The notes: generated by a model not told the origin, from the sequence alone. Positions 29,090-39,073 are shown, counted from the first letter of the stretch. The stretch is 64,000 nt of DNA from Desulfuromonadales bacterium (GCA_919902985.1 CAKKSC010000004.1:32230-96229); one strand, 5' to 3'. Numbers and translations are program-made.

Positions 29090-30832
29090 TTATATCTGAT
29101 TAAGATTATCTACCCTCTCTGCCCTTTCAAATTCGTCTTCATCGGCAGCAACGTTCTTCTTCTGGGCCTCATCATAATCGCCTACAGCAAGGTTGGAAGG
29201 ACCTTTCTTCGGATCGTCTACGAAGAACGCGCCCCTCATCTCGAGGTGCAGAGGACCGCAGAAGTGCTGGCAGTAAACCTCATATTCACCAGCTGTATCA
29301 GCGACAAACTCACCAACAGCACTCACACCCCTCGGGATAGTAATCATGGTCTTGAGACCATATGGCCCGTTTATGTTGTAACCCATAATAACATCGGGGT
29401 TTTTGGTTATGCCTGCTGCCTTATCAATATTGGTTACAATAAGCCTGACCTTATCGCCCTTATTGACCCTGACCTGCCTTGGGACATAACCGTAGCTGAA
29501 TGCCTTTACCCTAACTTCCTTAACACCGTCCTTAGTTGTGGTCACGCCCGGCCTGCCTGTATCCATCGGCACATAGTAAGACTTGCCGCCTCTATGGTGC
29601 CCCGGCTCAATCCTGCCGGACTTACCAGCGCCTGCAAAGAGGGTTGATACACCCTTCTCGGCCTCACCCATGTTCCAGTTCTTGATTGCGCTTGCAAAAA
29701 GGATCTTTGCGTTGTGCGGCTCACCGTCAACAGGGATAATCTTGAGGGTCTTACCATATGTCTTGCTCTTCTCCTCAATGTCGATCATCTCATGGTTGAC
29801 CGGCCAGGCAATGCCTGTCGGGCTGAAAAGCCCGGTAGAGAACTTGTTCAAGGCAAATACATACTTATTGTCAGGGCTAACACTTATATGCCCGATCCTG
29901 TAGTGAACCGGGAACTCGTCAACAACCTCCAGCTTGTCCAGGTCTGTCTTCACGATGCTGTCTGCCACAAAGCAGCTTGTATACGCATACTTGCCGTTTG
30001 TGTCAAACACGTTGTGCAACGGACCGGCTCCGGCAGGGATAACCTTCTTGACAGCAAGCTTTTCAACATCTATGATGCTGAGCGTTGCGGAGAGCTTGTC
30101 CGCGACCTGGATATACCTTCCGAGTGGGTCGGCGTCCGTACCGTGCGGGTTCTTACCAACTGGGATCTCCTTTATGAGCTTGAACGGATTCAGCTCGAAG
30201 ACACCGACTGTTGAGTGGTAGTAGTTGTTGGAGAAAACATACTGCTTCCTGTCTGCCTTACCGGCCTTCTTGTTTATGTCAAGATAGTCCGGGGCGCTTG
30301 GCGCAGGACCCCAGTCTATGACCTGGGTCTTGCCGGTTGCTATATCGGTCTTGGCCATCTTTCCTGTGAGCTCGCCTGTTGAATAAAGGGTCTTTCCGTC
30401 AGGTCCGAGTGTGATGTGGTGAATGCCGAACGGGAAAGGCAAAGAAATGAGCCTGTCCAGCATACCCATCTGGAGGTTGATTATCCCGATGGTGTTTGCC
30501 CCCTTATCGTTCACATAGAGGTATTTGCCATCAGGCCCTTTGCTGTACGGACCATACCAGCTCTTCATACCTTCGTTTGTAGGTGCGCTGAATGTTGGCT
30601 CATGCAGGTCAACACCAACAGGTATATGCCTGTATGTCCTCAAGCTTGGCACACCCATCACAGCCACAGCTCCGTCAACCCCACCTGCGTTATACATGAT
30701 CATAGGGTCCTGAAGCGGGGCGTCATTTGGAGACGATTCCGTCTCGTGCCAGTCCCTCTCACCCGCCACCGCAGTGCCGCCAACCATAAGCAGCAGTGCA
30801 AGCACTATAAATAATGAATTGCGATATCTCAT
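29090..30832 (-). CDS. nosZ: Divergent nitrous-oxide-reductase-like multicopper protein (beta-propeller + CuA cupredoxin), Sec-type signal
   Basis: NosZ motifs 'GVPSLR', 'DGKYLYVNDK', 'KNPHG', 'ADKLS', 'GPLH', 'VHY.IGH', 'LNKFS', 'EPH', CuA 'CQHFCGPLHLEM'; deviations DLHE, GIHH, DVIMG; no twin-arginine motif. Confidence 0.8.
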   Translation of the reverse strand: MRYRNSLFIVLALLLMVGGTAVAGERDWHETESSPNDAPLQDPMIMYNAGGVDGAVAVMGVPSLRTYRHIPVGVDLHEPTFSAPTNEGMKSWYGPYSKGPDGKYLYVNDKGANTIGIINLQMGMLDRLISLPFPFGIHHITLGPDGKTLYSTGELTGKMAKTDIATGKTQVIDWGPAPSAPDYLDINKKAGKADRKQYVFSNNYYHSTVGVFELNPFKLIKEIPVGKNPHGTDADPLGRYIQVADKLSATLSIIDVEKLAVKKVIPAGAGPLHNVFDTNGKYAYTSCFVADSIVKTDLDKLEVVDEFPVHYRIGHISVSPDNKYVFALNKFSTGLFSPTGIAWPVNHEMIDIEEKSKTYGKTLKIIPVDGEPHNAKILFASAIKNWNMGEAEKGVSTLFAGAGKSGRIEPGHHRGGKSYYVPMDTGRPGVTTTKDGVKEVRVKAFSYGYVPRQVRVNKGDKVRLIVTNIDKAAGITKNPDVIMGYNINGPYGLKTMITIPRGVSAVGEFVADTAGEYEVYCQHFCGPLHLEMRGAFFVDDPKKGPSNLAVGDYDEAQKKNVAADEDEFERAERVDNLNQI

Positions 30833-31074
30833 TTTTCCCTCCTTGTCTTGGATTTTGGGTTAATGTTCCAAAAACTTTAGCCTCTTGCCTGATGCCATAA
30901 AAATCTAAAACCATACCTTCAAAATACTAAAATACCACCTCCTCCCTCTTTATCTTTGTTGGAACCGGAACTACCTGCTAATAACGCTCAGAACGATTTG
31001 AAATAGTTGCCAGGCACAAGCTTTTATTGTACCTGACAACGCACCGAAATAAGGTGTTCAACTTTGGTAGTTGT

Positions 31075-31103
31075 TATATAGACCAACGCTTTAAAATTGT
31101 CAA
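31075..31103 (-). promoter_or_regulatory. Sigma70-like promoter for the nosZ-like operon
   Basis: Minus strand TTGACA-N17-TATATA, ~240 bp upstream of ATG. Confidence 0.5.
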
Positions 31104-31271
31104 GATTTTTTTTAACAGTTAAAGTAAGCTTATAACAAAATGGCCACTGGCCACAAATAGAATATTCCTTTTTTACGATAAGCATTGCATCTTATATATT
31201 ATTTCTTATATAATAATTCAAATGATGTGTGGACTGCAACTTCTTAAGTAGTTGTCATCCGGAAACCGAAA

Positions 31272-31317
31272 ATCCCCCCTCACCCCCCTTTGGAAAAGGG
31301 GGACTTAGGGGGAGTTT
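31272..31317. repeat. GC-rich REP-like palindrome
   Basis: atccccctcacccccctttggaaaagggggacttagggggagttt; related elements near 44826-44870 and 45146-45180. Confidence 0.6.
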
Positions 31318-31455
31318 CGGGTAGAGACTAAGTAACAATATCGTAACATGACATAGATTGCAACCTGGAAAAATTAACGTGATAAAATTGCCTGATCCAC
31401 TAAGCACCGAAGGACAAAGTCCCAGCCAGACAACCAAACAGATCATGGAGGGCGA

Positions 31456-32841
31456 GTGATAGACAAACCTAAAATCCTTATAGTTGATGATGAACCTCTT
31501 ATGAGGATAGCAATTATTGATGCCCTTCTTGCAGAGGGTTATGATGTAAAAGGAGTGGGGTCGGGTAAAGAAGGTAAGAATCTGATTCTCGATAATGGCT
31601 ACGATGTATTAATTACAGACCTCAGACTGCCTGAAATAGACGGCCTTGAGATACTAAAAACCGTCATGGAGCATTCTCCAAAAACTAAGGTCATTATGAT
31701 AACAGCTTACGGCTCGGTCAACACTGCGGTTGAGGCTATTAAACAGGGTGCTTACGATTATCTGACCAAACCATTTTCCATGGAAGAACTTTTGATTATA
31801 GTCAGGCGTTTGCTGGAGTTTAGAGAGCTGGAATTCGAGAACCGGCAACTGAAAGAAAAGATAGATGAATTGTGTCATTTTGAGGGAATAATCGGAAGCA
31901 ACAGCAAGATGAGAGATGTCATGGACAAGATAAAGGTGGTGGCAGAAACTGGGGCCACAATCCTGATTTCAGGTGAAAGCGGAACAGGAAAGGAACTGAT
32001 CGCCAACGCCATCCACCACAGCAGCAGAAAAGACAGGCCCTTCATCAAGGTAAGCTGTGCCGCCCTGCCGGAAAGCCTTTTGGAAACCGAACTTTTTGGG
32101 CATGAAAAGGGGGCGTTTACCGGGGCGGTCAAACAAAAAAAGGGCAGATTCGAACTGGCCAATGGCGGGACACTGTTCCTTGATGAAATTGGCGAGATCT
32201 CACCTACCGTTCAGGTAAAGCTTCTCAGGGTTCTCCAGGAAAGGCAGTTTGAAAGGGTGGGTGGTACAGAGACCATAGATATAGATGTAAGGATTATATG
32301 CGCAACCAACAAGGATCTGAAAAAAGAGGTACAGAGAAACGCCTTTAGAGAGGACCTTTATTACAGATTAAACGTCGTGCATATCCATGTCCCCTCTTTG
32401 AGGGAAAGGAAAGAGGATATTATTCTTCTGGCAAACAGTTTTGTAAAGAAATTCGCTTCACAGAACAACAGAGAGATAGAAGGTATCTCGCCCGAGACCA
32501 GGGAGTTATTACTTAACTACCCCTTCCCTGGAAATGTCAGGGAGTTGGCGCACGCCGTCGAAAGGGCTGTGATACTTGGGAACACTAAATATATCCAGCC
32601 AAAAGACCTGCCTGAAGATCTCCTGACCTATTACAATGATGCTCTTGGAACGTCAGCGAAATCCCGATATTCAGAACCATTATCAGAGGCAATAGAGCGT
32701 TTTGAAAAGGAATATATAATCAAGACCTTAGAGGCAACGGAAGGGAATAAAACCCTCGCTGCTGAAAAACTTGGTTTATCCAGAAAGACCCTCTGGATGA
32801 AATGCAAAAACCATGGGTTGGTCCAGGACACTGTAATATAA
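31456..32841 (+). CDS. Sigma54-dependent response regulator (NtrC/AtoC family)
   Basis: Receiver 'LIVDDE..TDLRLP..TAYG..KP', 'GESGTGKE', '[13 protein letters not shown]', 'LFLDEIGE', 'FPGNVREL', Fis-type HTH. Confidence 0.96.
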   Translation: MIDKPKILIVDDEPLMRIAIIDALLAEGYDVKGVGSGKEGKNLILDNGYDVLITDLRLPEIDGLEILKTVMEHSPKTKVIMITAYGSVNTAVEAIKQGAYDYLTKPFSMEELLIIVRRLLEFRELEFENRQLKEKIDELCHFEGIIGSNSKMRDVMDKIKVVAETGATILISGESGTGKELIANAIHHSSRKDRPFIKVSCAALPESLLETELFGHEKGAFTGAVKQKKGRFELANGGTLFLDEIGEISPTVQVKLLRVLQERQFERVGGTETIDIDVRIICATNKDLKKEVQRNAFREDLYYRLNVVHIHVPSLRERKEDIILLANSFVKKFASQNNREIEGISPETRELLLNYPFPGNVRELAHAVERAVILGNTKYIQPKDLPEDLLTYYNDALGTSAKSRYSEPLSEAIERFEKEYIIKTLEATEGNKTLAAEKLGLSRKTLWMKCKNHGLVQDTVI

Positions 32842-32862
32842 GGATTAAGGTTGAGGTAGATC

Positions 32863-35499
32863 ATGAAAAATAAAATGCTAAAGATGGGGATACAGAGAAG
32901 GGTTATTACCTCGATCCTTATTGTAAGCATCCTCCCCCTTGTGGCTGGCCTGTATCTTACATATCGGGATGGGACAACTACTCGCAGGAACTCTATAGGC
33001 ACGAGTTTCCAGGAGATAGCAAAAGAGACAGCCTACAAGATCGATATGATAATCGAAAAAGAGGTTGACGATGTCCAAAGGCTTGCTATTTCGCCTGATG
33101 TCAGAGAGGCTGTTTTTCAGACCAGTCAGAATAACGAGGAACTGAATAATTATCTCGGACAGCTCGTTAATTATAATGAAAAAGAGATATACAGCCTTAC
33201 CGTAGTTGATACTGAAGGTAAGTACATAACCGGCGTTGGGACAACAACAAAAAGAAACTACAGTAACGAAAAATGGTTTATAGAGGCGTTCAATGCCGGC
33301 AGGGGGAAGGTGTCTGTTGGTAATTTAGAGTTTAATAAGATATCCGAAGTGTATATTATAAGCATCGCTGCACCTGTCATGGATAATTTAAAGGCCATGG
33401 GTGTAGTTGTAATAAAATACAATATTGATAATCTCCTTGAAGTCATTACCAACGTGAGGATTGAAAAGACCGGCCACGCAAACCTTGTAGATTCCTCAGG
33501 CACAATAATCATGTGTCCGATCTTCCCCCCACGCAGTCACCAGATAAACCCCGGCCTCCTTAACATAATAAAAAACACAAAACCAGGATGGGGAACAGCA
33601 GAGGATGATGCCCATGGCGGGGAAAACTCAATTATCGGCTTTGCCCCCGTTAACTCTACTTTGGATCCAGATAATGGCTGGTTTGATGGACATACATGGC
33701 ACATCTTCATAAGACAAAACCCTGATGAGACATACGAACCTATTTATTCTCTCGTCATCCAGATATCTATATTCGGCTCTGCACTTATAATATTACTGTC
33801 TCTCGCTGGAGTATATGCAACCAGGAAAATCGTCAGACCGATTAATCAGCTATATGAGGGAGTGGGGCGTATAGGGCAGGGGGACCTTGACTATCGTCTC
33901 AACATAAAGACCAATGACGAGATAGAAAAACTGGCGGATGAATTTAATCTCATGGCAGGGAAGCTTCAAGAGACCTACTCCAAACTCGAAAACAGGACGA
34001 CGGAACTTGAGACATCGGAAGAAAGATACAAAGACCTTATTGAAAACTCACCCGAGATGATACACTCTGTTGATTCTAACAGGTTCTTTGTAGGGGTGAA
34101 TAAAACGGAACTCGATATACTTGGCTATACCCTTGACGAAATGATGCAGATGAGGATAGAGGACATCATGCCTGAGGAGTTCAAATGCCAGGGCATAAAC
34201 CACATTGCAACATCAAGAGATAAAGGTGTCAGCACTATAGAGGGACAATTTATTTCAAAGGATAGTAGAAGAATCGATGTGGAGATTACAGCTACTGCTT
34301 GTTACCACCCGCTAACAGGTGAATTTGTCAGAACAAGGGCGTTTGTAAGGGACATTACGGACAGGAAGAAGCTGGAGATGCAGTTGAAAGAATACTACGA
34401 AATCCTGGAGCAGAAGGTGCAGGACAGGACGAGGGAGTTGAAACAGACCAAGGATTATCTTGAAAACCTTCTTGAAACAGCAAACGATGTTATTTATACG
34501 CTAAATCCAGATGGGATAGTTACTTATGTCAACAAAAAGATAGAGGAGTGGGGCTACACTAAAGATGAGCTGATTGGGAAATCCTTTTTGACCGTCTTTT
34601 CAAAGGTACATAAGGGTGAGAGGTTTAAAAAGACAGTACGGGATGGGATAAAACAGACTTACGGAGTAGAGGTTGTAAGCAAAACAGGTGAGCCGAAATA
34701 TGCAATATTAAGCATTTCACCTATCAGGGAGAACAACGGAATAATAACAGAGGTATTAGGCATAGCTAAGGATATAACAGATCAGAAAATGCTCGAAAAG
34801 CAGGTAGCAGATACGGAGAAGATGTCAGCCATCGGACAGCTTGCTGCAGGAGTCGCTCATGAAGTAAATAACCCTCTCGGCGGGATATTAAACTGCCTTT
34901 ATAATCTCAGGAAAAATGAATTCTCGGAGGAAAAGGAGGAAGAGTATTACATGGCCATGGAGGATGGCATCCACAGGGTCAAGAAGATCGTCAGCCAGTT
35001 GCTTGACTTTTCTCAGCAGCATGAACCTGAATTCACTTATGAGGATATAAATACCCTGGTAGAAAATGTCTTCTTCCTGATGAACTGCACCTTTTCCAAG
35101 AACGGGATCACTTTTAAAAAGAAACTCTCCCCACGCCTTCCAAAGCTATTTATAGATAAGCACAAGATATCACAGGTATTAACCAATATACTCATAAATG
35201 CTGTTCAGGCAACAAAAGAGAAGGGACAGATAACCGTCCGGACAACACATAAGGAAGGCTGGTGCATAATAGATATTGCTGATTCCGGCCCAGGAATCCC
35301 GGAAGATATTTTCCCCAAGATATTCGACCCGTTCTTTACAACAAAAGACGTTGGAGAGGGCACAGGTCTTGGTCTTTCGGTAAGCAGGGGTATAATAGAG
35401 ATGCACAACGGGAAGATAGATGTTAAGAGCACGGCTGGCGTCGGCGCTATCTTTACTATTAAACTCCCTATTGCCTCACCGCAACATCCGGCAGTTTAA
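32863..35499 (+). CDS. Sensor histidine kinase (TM-Cache-TM-HAMP-PAS-PAS-HisKA-HATPase)
   Basis: Two TMs around periplasmic domain, HAMP 'DEIEKLADEFN.M', two PAS ending 'RDITDRK' and 'KDITDQK', 'AHEVNNPL', 'FDPFFTTK..GTGLGL'. Confidence 0.95.
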   Translation: MKNKMLKMGIQRRVITSILIVSILPLVAGLYLTYRDGTTTRRNSIGTSFQEIAKETAYKIDMIIEKEVDDVQRLAISPDVREAVFQTSQNNEELNNYLGQLVNYNEKEIYSLTVVDTEGKYITGVGTTTKRNYSNEKWFIEAFNAGRGKVSVGNLEFNKISEVYIISIAAPVMDNLKAMGVVVIKYNIDNLLEVITNVRIEKTGHANLVDSSGTIIMCPIFPPRSHQINPGLLNIIKNTKPGWGTAEDDAHGGENSIIGFAPVNSTLDPDNGWFDGHTWHIFIRQNPDETYEPIYSLVIQISIFGSALIILLSLAGVYATRKIVRPINQLYEGVGRIGQGDLDYRLNIKTNDEIEKLADEFNLMAGKLQETYSKLENRTTELETSEERYKDLIENSPEMIHSVDSNRFFVGVNKTELDILGYTLDEMMQMRIEDIMPEEFKCQGINHIATSRDKGVSTIEGQFISKDSRRIDVEITATACYHPLTGEFVRTRAFVRDITDRKKLEMQLKEYYEILEQKVQDRTRELKQTKDYLENLLETANDVIYTLNPDGIVTYVNKKIEEWGYTKDELIGKSFLTVFSKVHKGERFKKTVRDGIKQTYGVEVVSKTGEPKYAILSISPIRENNGIITEVLGIAKDITDQKMLEKQVADTEKMSAIGQLAAGVAHEVNNPLGGILNCLYNLRKNEFSEEKEEEYYMAMEDGIHRVKKIVSQLLDFSQQHEPEFTYEDINTLVENVFFLMNCTFSKNGITFKKKLSPRLPKLFIDKHKISQVLTNILINAVQATKEKGQITVRTTHKEGWCIIDIADSGPGIPEDIFPKIFDPFFTTKDVGEGTGLGLSVSRGIIEMHNGKIDVKSTAGVGAIFTIKLPIASPQHPAV

Positions 35500-35505
35500 C
35501 CCTAT

Positions 35506-38181
35506 TTACTGGAGCCTTAATCCGGTTTCAATAACCCTGTTTTGGTCCCCATATATCAAAGATAGATGGCCGGTTTCATTGACATGTATTTGTATGTCAA
35601 CCTCGCTGTTCACCTTTGCTTCAAACGGCAGAGTTACTGTCTTTAATCCTGTCAATGTAACATCCCTGGTCTGATTAAGCTCCTGTGTTATGAATTCAAT
35701 ACCGGATTCCGCTACCCACCTCCTGGCTATTATGTTCTCAGGGACCTCGAACAATTCAAGGGACAACTCATTCTGAATACCCAGTTTACACGCCGGTCTT
35801 ATCTTGAAGGTCTTCTTAATGGGGAGAAGCTCCCCTTTCTCAAGGACAATGCTGTATGAATATGGGACATCCTTATCGTCAGTCACGTAACGAACGGCAT
35901 AAGCCATACTGAGATGCCTATCGGTGACAGCTTTCGTCCCATAAACGGCAGCCCCAAGGGCTACAGCAGAAAGGGGGCTGTGATCATAAATAAGATTCTG
36001 CCTACTGAGTTTAGGGAATATATATTCTATCTTCTCCCTGAAAGATGGGATCTGGGAGGACCCCCCGGTCATAAGAACGCCCTCTATCTTATCTTTTTTT
36101 AATCCAACTTTTTCAGCTCTTTTAAGCACATTAGATATATTACGGTCTACGACCTTATAAAAATCATGTTGTTCGAGAAGCTCTTCCAGTTCCTCGCGAG
36201 TTATAGTGCCAATATAACCACCTTCCAATTCAAATGGGACATCCTTCCTTTTGGAAAGATCGATCTTGATCTCCTCTGCAAGGACCAAAAGCCTGTGTTG
36301 GGTCGCATCGGTCAACGGCAGCCCGGCTTTTATTGCCAGATGTTCCCGAAGCCAGTTGTCTATGTCATGACCTCCCAGCATCTGGGCCCTGTCCTGCTTG
36401 GCGACGACATGGGCCAAGCCGGTATTTACCCTGATTATCATAATGTTCAGGGTACTCCCGCCAAAGTCTATAATCATAATTACCTTGTCTCTGTTTTCAA
36501 CCACCTGATAACCTATTGCCGCCGCAAGTGGTTCTTCTATAAATTCGATATTAACTCCCCGGATAGTCTTCTCCACTATCTCTCTCATCGCCTTTTTATA
36601 ATACTGGAACCCCACAGGAACGGTAATATAGATGATGTCCGCCATATTCCTTGAGACTATCGAAAACCACCCTCCGCTCACAGTCGCTTTTTTCAGGTGT
36701 TGGTAAAGGATCCGGAAAAACCTTTCCATATGGACCTTCCCCTTCGGGTTCCCTTCCAGAAGCATCTGTTTAATGTTTATCAGAGGGTTTTCCTCGATAA
36801 CTTCGGCGCCTATGCTGTTTGTCTCGGAACTCAGGATTGTAGGTATTACATAAGCCGAATCATATTTTTTGCATACAGAGGGTAAAACTATAAACTCCGG
36901 CTGTTCATCCCCCTTCTTCCTCATGATAACCGTATTTGTGGCGCCTACGTCTATTGATATGAAATTGTTCACTACTGGAGCGGCATAGACTTCCTGACTC
37001 TGAGAGACAGGCAGAATGCCTGCTCCAACAGGGTGTACCTCCTTTAAGAATACCGGCCTCTCTATCTCTCTCCCGTGGAAGATCTCCTGCAACGTTTCCA
37101 GATGTGCCACTGCCGTTCGAACCGAGTCCCTCAATCTTTTTGGCTGTATCCAGATATGGGTGTATGGCTTCAGGGCTTCTATAAAGCGGATATCGTTTAA
37201 TCGCGCCCCGAATTTATCTATCTCGGCAGATAATATATCCGAGTATTTCTCCCTGGAGAACCTTCTCTTTTTTGACTCCTTGATCCCGGGCTCCTCGGCT
37301 GAAAGCATATAATCAACAACATCTACGGCCTCTATATCCTCCATCCACTTTCTGACAGTAAAGAAGTTCAGGGCCTGCTGAATTGCATCCATAAGGAGTA
37401 CAGAATATTCCCGCGTCTTCGGAATCTCCACGATGACCTCAATTAATGCATGCTCTCTGGCGAACGGGTCCTTTATTACTATTGCAGCTTTATACGCATC
37501 TGTTAGCGCCCGCCTGTAAATATCCGGGAATTCTCCAGTCTTTCTAAGTTCATTAGCAATAAACAGAAGGACATACTTCCTGTAATAAGGCTCTTCAATG
37601 AGCGCAGTAGCATCAATAGCAAGCGAGACGGCTTCCAAATATAAATCGAGGAAGACCCCCACTTTCGGAAGCTCACTGGCGACCCCGAGAAGTGTATATC
37701 TTCTGTAAAAAGAATAATCGCAGGTCTTTGGCAACTGCCTGGCTATGAAATCAAGAGATGGTTTTTCATAGCGGGGTTTATCCGGGAGGTTAAGGGCCAG
37801 CCTCCATGCATGGAGGCGGAGATTCGCAAATCCTTCTGTCTTTGGGAGCTCATGGGCAATCCTGACGAGCTCATTTATCCGATACTGGCCTTCCTTGACG
37901 GCATCGGCCGCTACGATCACGGCCTCCATAGCCTTTAAATATAATTGCTCGAAGGGATCAGTCCGGGGGATGTCTTTTACGAAATCAAGGAGGGCGCTCC
38001 TGTGTGCTGATGGGTCGTCAATCCTGTTTATCAGATCCAGACCCTGCTCAAAGAAATCAATATATTCGGTATTCTTAGGGATCTCCCTTAAAATACTAAT
38101 AAGAGACGATCTGGAGGCTGGCTGGTCTGCTGAATCTCTTATGCCATTAAGGGTCTGCCTTATTCGTTCTATATTTATCAT
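35506..38181 (-). CDS. Atypical Hsp70-family ATPase with ~400-aa N-terminal helical-repeat region
   Basis: 'ISIDVGATNT', 'ITVP', 'EEPLAAA', 'IDFGGSTL', 'LGGHDID', 'TGGSSQIP'. Confidence 0.85.
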   Translation of the reverse strand: MINIERIRQTLNGIRDSADQPASRSSLISILREIPKNTEYIDFFEQGLDLINRIDDPSAHRSALLDFVKDIPRTDPFEQLYLKAMEAVIVAADAVKEGQYRINELVRIAHELPKTEGFANLRLHAWRLALNLPDKPRYEKPSLDFIARQLPKTCDYSFYRRYTLLGVASELPKVGVFLDLYLEAVSLAIDATALIEEPYYRKYVLLFIANELRKTGEFPDIYRRALTDAYKAAIVIKDPFAREHALIEVIVEIPKTREYSVLLMDAIQQALNFFTVRKWMEDIEAVDVVDYMLSAEEPGIKESKKRRFSREKYSDILSAEIDKFGARLNDIRFIEALKPYTHIWIQPKRLRDSVRTAVAHLETLQEIFHGREIERPVFLKEVHPVGAGILPVSQSQEVYAAPVVNNFISIDVGATNTVIMRKKGDEQPEFIVLPSVCKKYDSAYVIPTILSSETNSIGAEVIEENPLINIKQMLLEGNPKGKVHMERFFRILYQHLKKATVSGGWFSIVSRNMADIIYITVPVGFQYYKKAMREIVEKTIRGVNIEFIEEPLAAAIGYQVVENRDKVIMIIDFGGSTLNIMIIRVNTGLAHVVAKQDRAQMLGGHDIDNWLREHLAIKAGLPLTDATQHRLLVLAEEIKIDLSKRKDVPFELEGGYIGTITREELEELLEQHDFYKVVDRNISNVLKRAEKVGLKKDKIEGVLMTGGSSQIPSFREKIEYIFPKLSRQNLIYDHSPLSAVALGAAVYGTKAVTDRHLSMAYAVRYVTDDKDVPYSYSIVLEKGELLPIKKTFKIRPACKLGIQNELSLELFEVPENIIARRWVAESGIEFITQELNQTRDVTLTGLKTVTLPFEAKVNSEVDIQIHVNETGHLSLIYGDQNRVIETGLRLQ

Positions 38182-38188
38182 CTTTCAT

Positions 38189-38761
38189 TCAGTGCAAAAT
38201 ATTTATTCTGCTGAAACCTGTCTCCTTTATCATGCCGTCACTCTCAATAATGACCTCAACCTTCCCCTGCATGTAGAAGTCAGCAAGTCCATAGCAGTCA
38301 GTCAAGAAATGGAACCTCTGGTTCGTTGAGCCCCTTGCCAGGAGGCTCTTCTCTTTTTTTTCGTCTTCATAAGCTCCGTCTATCAGTACATCAATATATG
38401 GCAGGGACAGATATAAAGACGGCATCTTCAATATCTCCTCATATGTGAAACCGGTATATACAACCGTATTAAGATTATAAACTTCCTTGGCGACCTTAAG
38501 CAGGCAGATGAGACCGTCCGGCTGCAGAAACGGCTCTCCTCCGCTCACGGTAATCCCCTCGACTCCAGCAGAATGGAACCTGCTGAATATCTCTTCAACA
38601 CTCAATGATTCACGGATTTCTAATGGGTGGGTGTCTGGATTGAAGCAATCGGGGCAACCCCTGGTGCACCCCTGAAAAAATATGACCATCCTGGAGCCAG
38701 GTCCGTTTACCCTGGATGACGGCAGCACGGCATGTACGTTCAAAGATAATTTGCTAATCAC
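38189..38761 (-). CDS. Small NrdG-like radical SAM protein
   Basis: 'NGPG.R..IFFQGCTRGCPDCFNP', 'TVSGGEP', 'YTG', 'DVLIDG.Y', 'GSTNQR'. Confidence 0.88.
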   Translation of the reverse strand: MISKLSLNVHAVLPSSRVNGPGSRMVIFFQGCTRGCPDCFNPDTHPLEIRESLSVEEIFSRFHSAGVEGITVSGGEPFLQPDGLICLLKVAKEVYNLNTVVYTGFTYEEILKMPSLYLSLPYIDVLIDGAYEDEKKEKSLLARGSTNQRFHFLTDCYGLADFYMQGKVEVIIESDGMIKETGFSRINILH

Positions 38762-38767
38762 TGCGGC

Positions 38768-38950
38768 TCACCGGTCTGTCTCTATATTTATTCGAGCAGC
38801 TGTGTCAAATTCGTCTTTTTCAATAAAACTTTCGACCTTGCCTAACACCTTCGAAAGATGCTGCGCCACTTCCTTGCAATCAGTGAATACGGTTGAATCT
38901 ATCTCAACCTTTCCGTCAGGGGTTATCCTTACTCTGATCTCACGATCCAT
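38768..38950 (-). CDS. DUF2997-family small protein
   Basis: 60 aa, 'IRVRITPDGKVEI....F..C.......LGKV'; RBS aggag; typical partner of Ycf46/DUF1257. Confidence 0.75.
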   Translation of the reverse strand: MDREIRVRITPDGKVEIDSTVFTDCKEVAQHLSKVLGKVESFIEKDEFDTAARINIETDR

Positions 38951-38972
38951 GAAGCATCTCCTGCGCCTTTTT

Positions 38973-39025
38973 AGGGGCCGTTACGAAATAACCATTACAT
39001 TTCCAACCCTTTCGTTACGGCCCCT
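38973..39025. repeat. 16-bp inverted repeat inside the AAA operon
   Basis: aggggccgttacgaaa ... tttcgttacggcccct (1 mismatch). Confidence 0.6.
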
Positions 39026-39073
39026 TATGCCGATCACTGTATTGCGATGTTACAGTTGTTTTTTTACAACGGC

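Noticed and set aside
30829-30915. Possible 28-aa leader ORF (MVLDFYG...GGKK) ending at the nosZ start
   Set aside because: The strong SD-like sequence lies too far from its ATG and the peptide has no telling composition
31255-31446. 63-aa minus-strand ORF upstream of nosZ
   Set aside because: Its C-terminus (PLSPPFPKGGEGGF) is just the GC-rich palindrome; likely spurious
30833-31455. Sigma54 promoter for the nosZ-like gene
   Set aside because: TGGCATC at ~30890 lacks the -12 GC at the required spacing
38189-38761. Anaerobic ribonucleotide reductase activase nrdG
   Set aside because: No nrdD or other glycyl-radical enzyme nearby; it sits in the Ycf46 operon, so only the family is called
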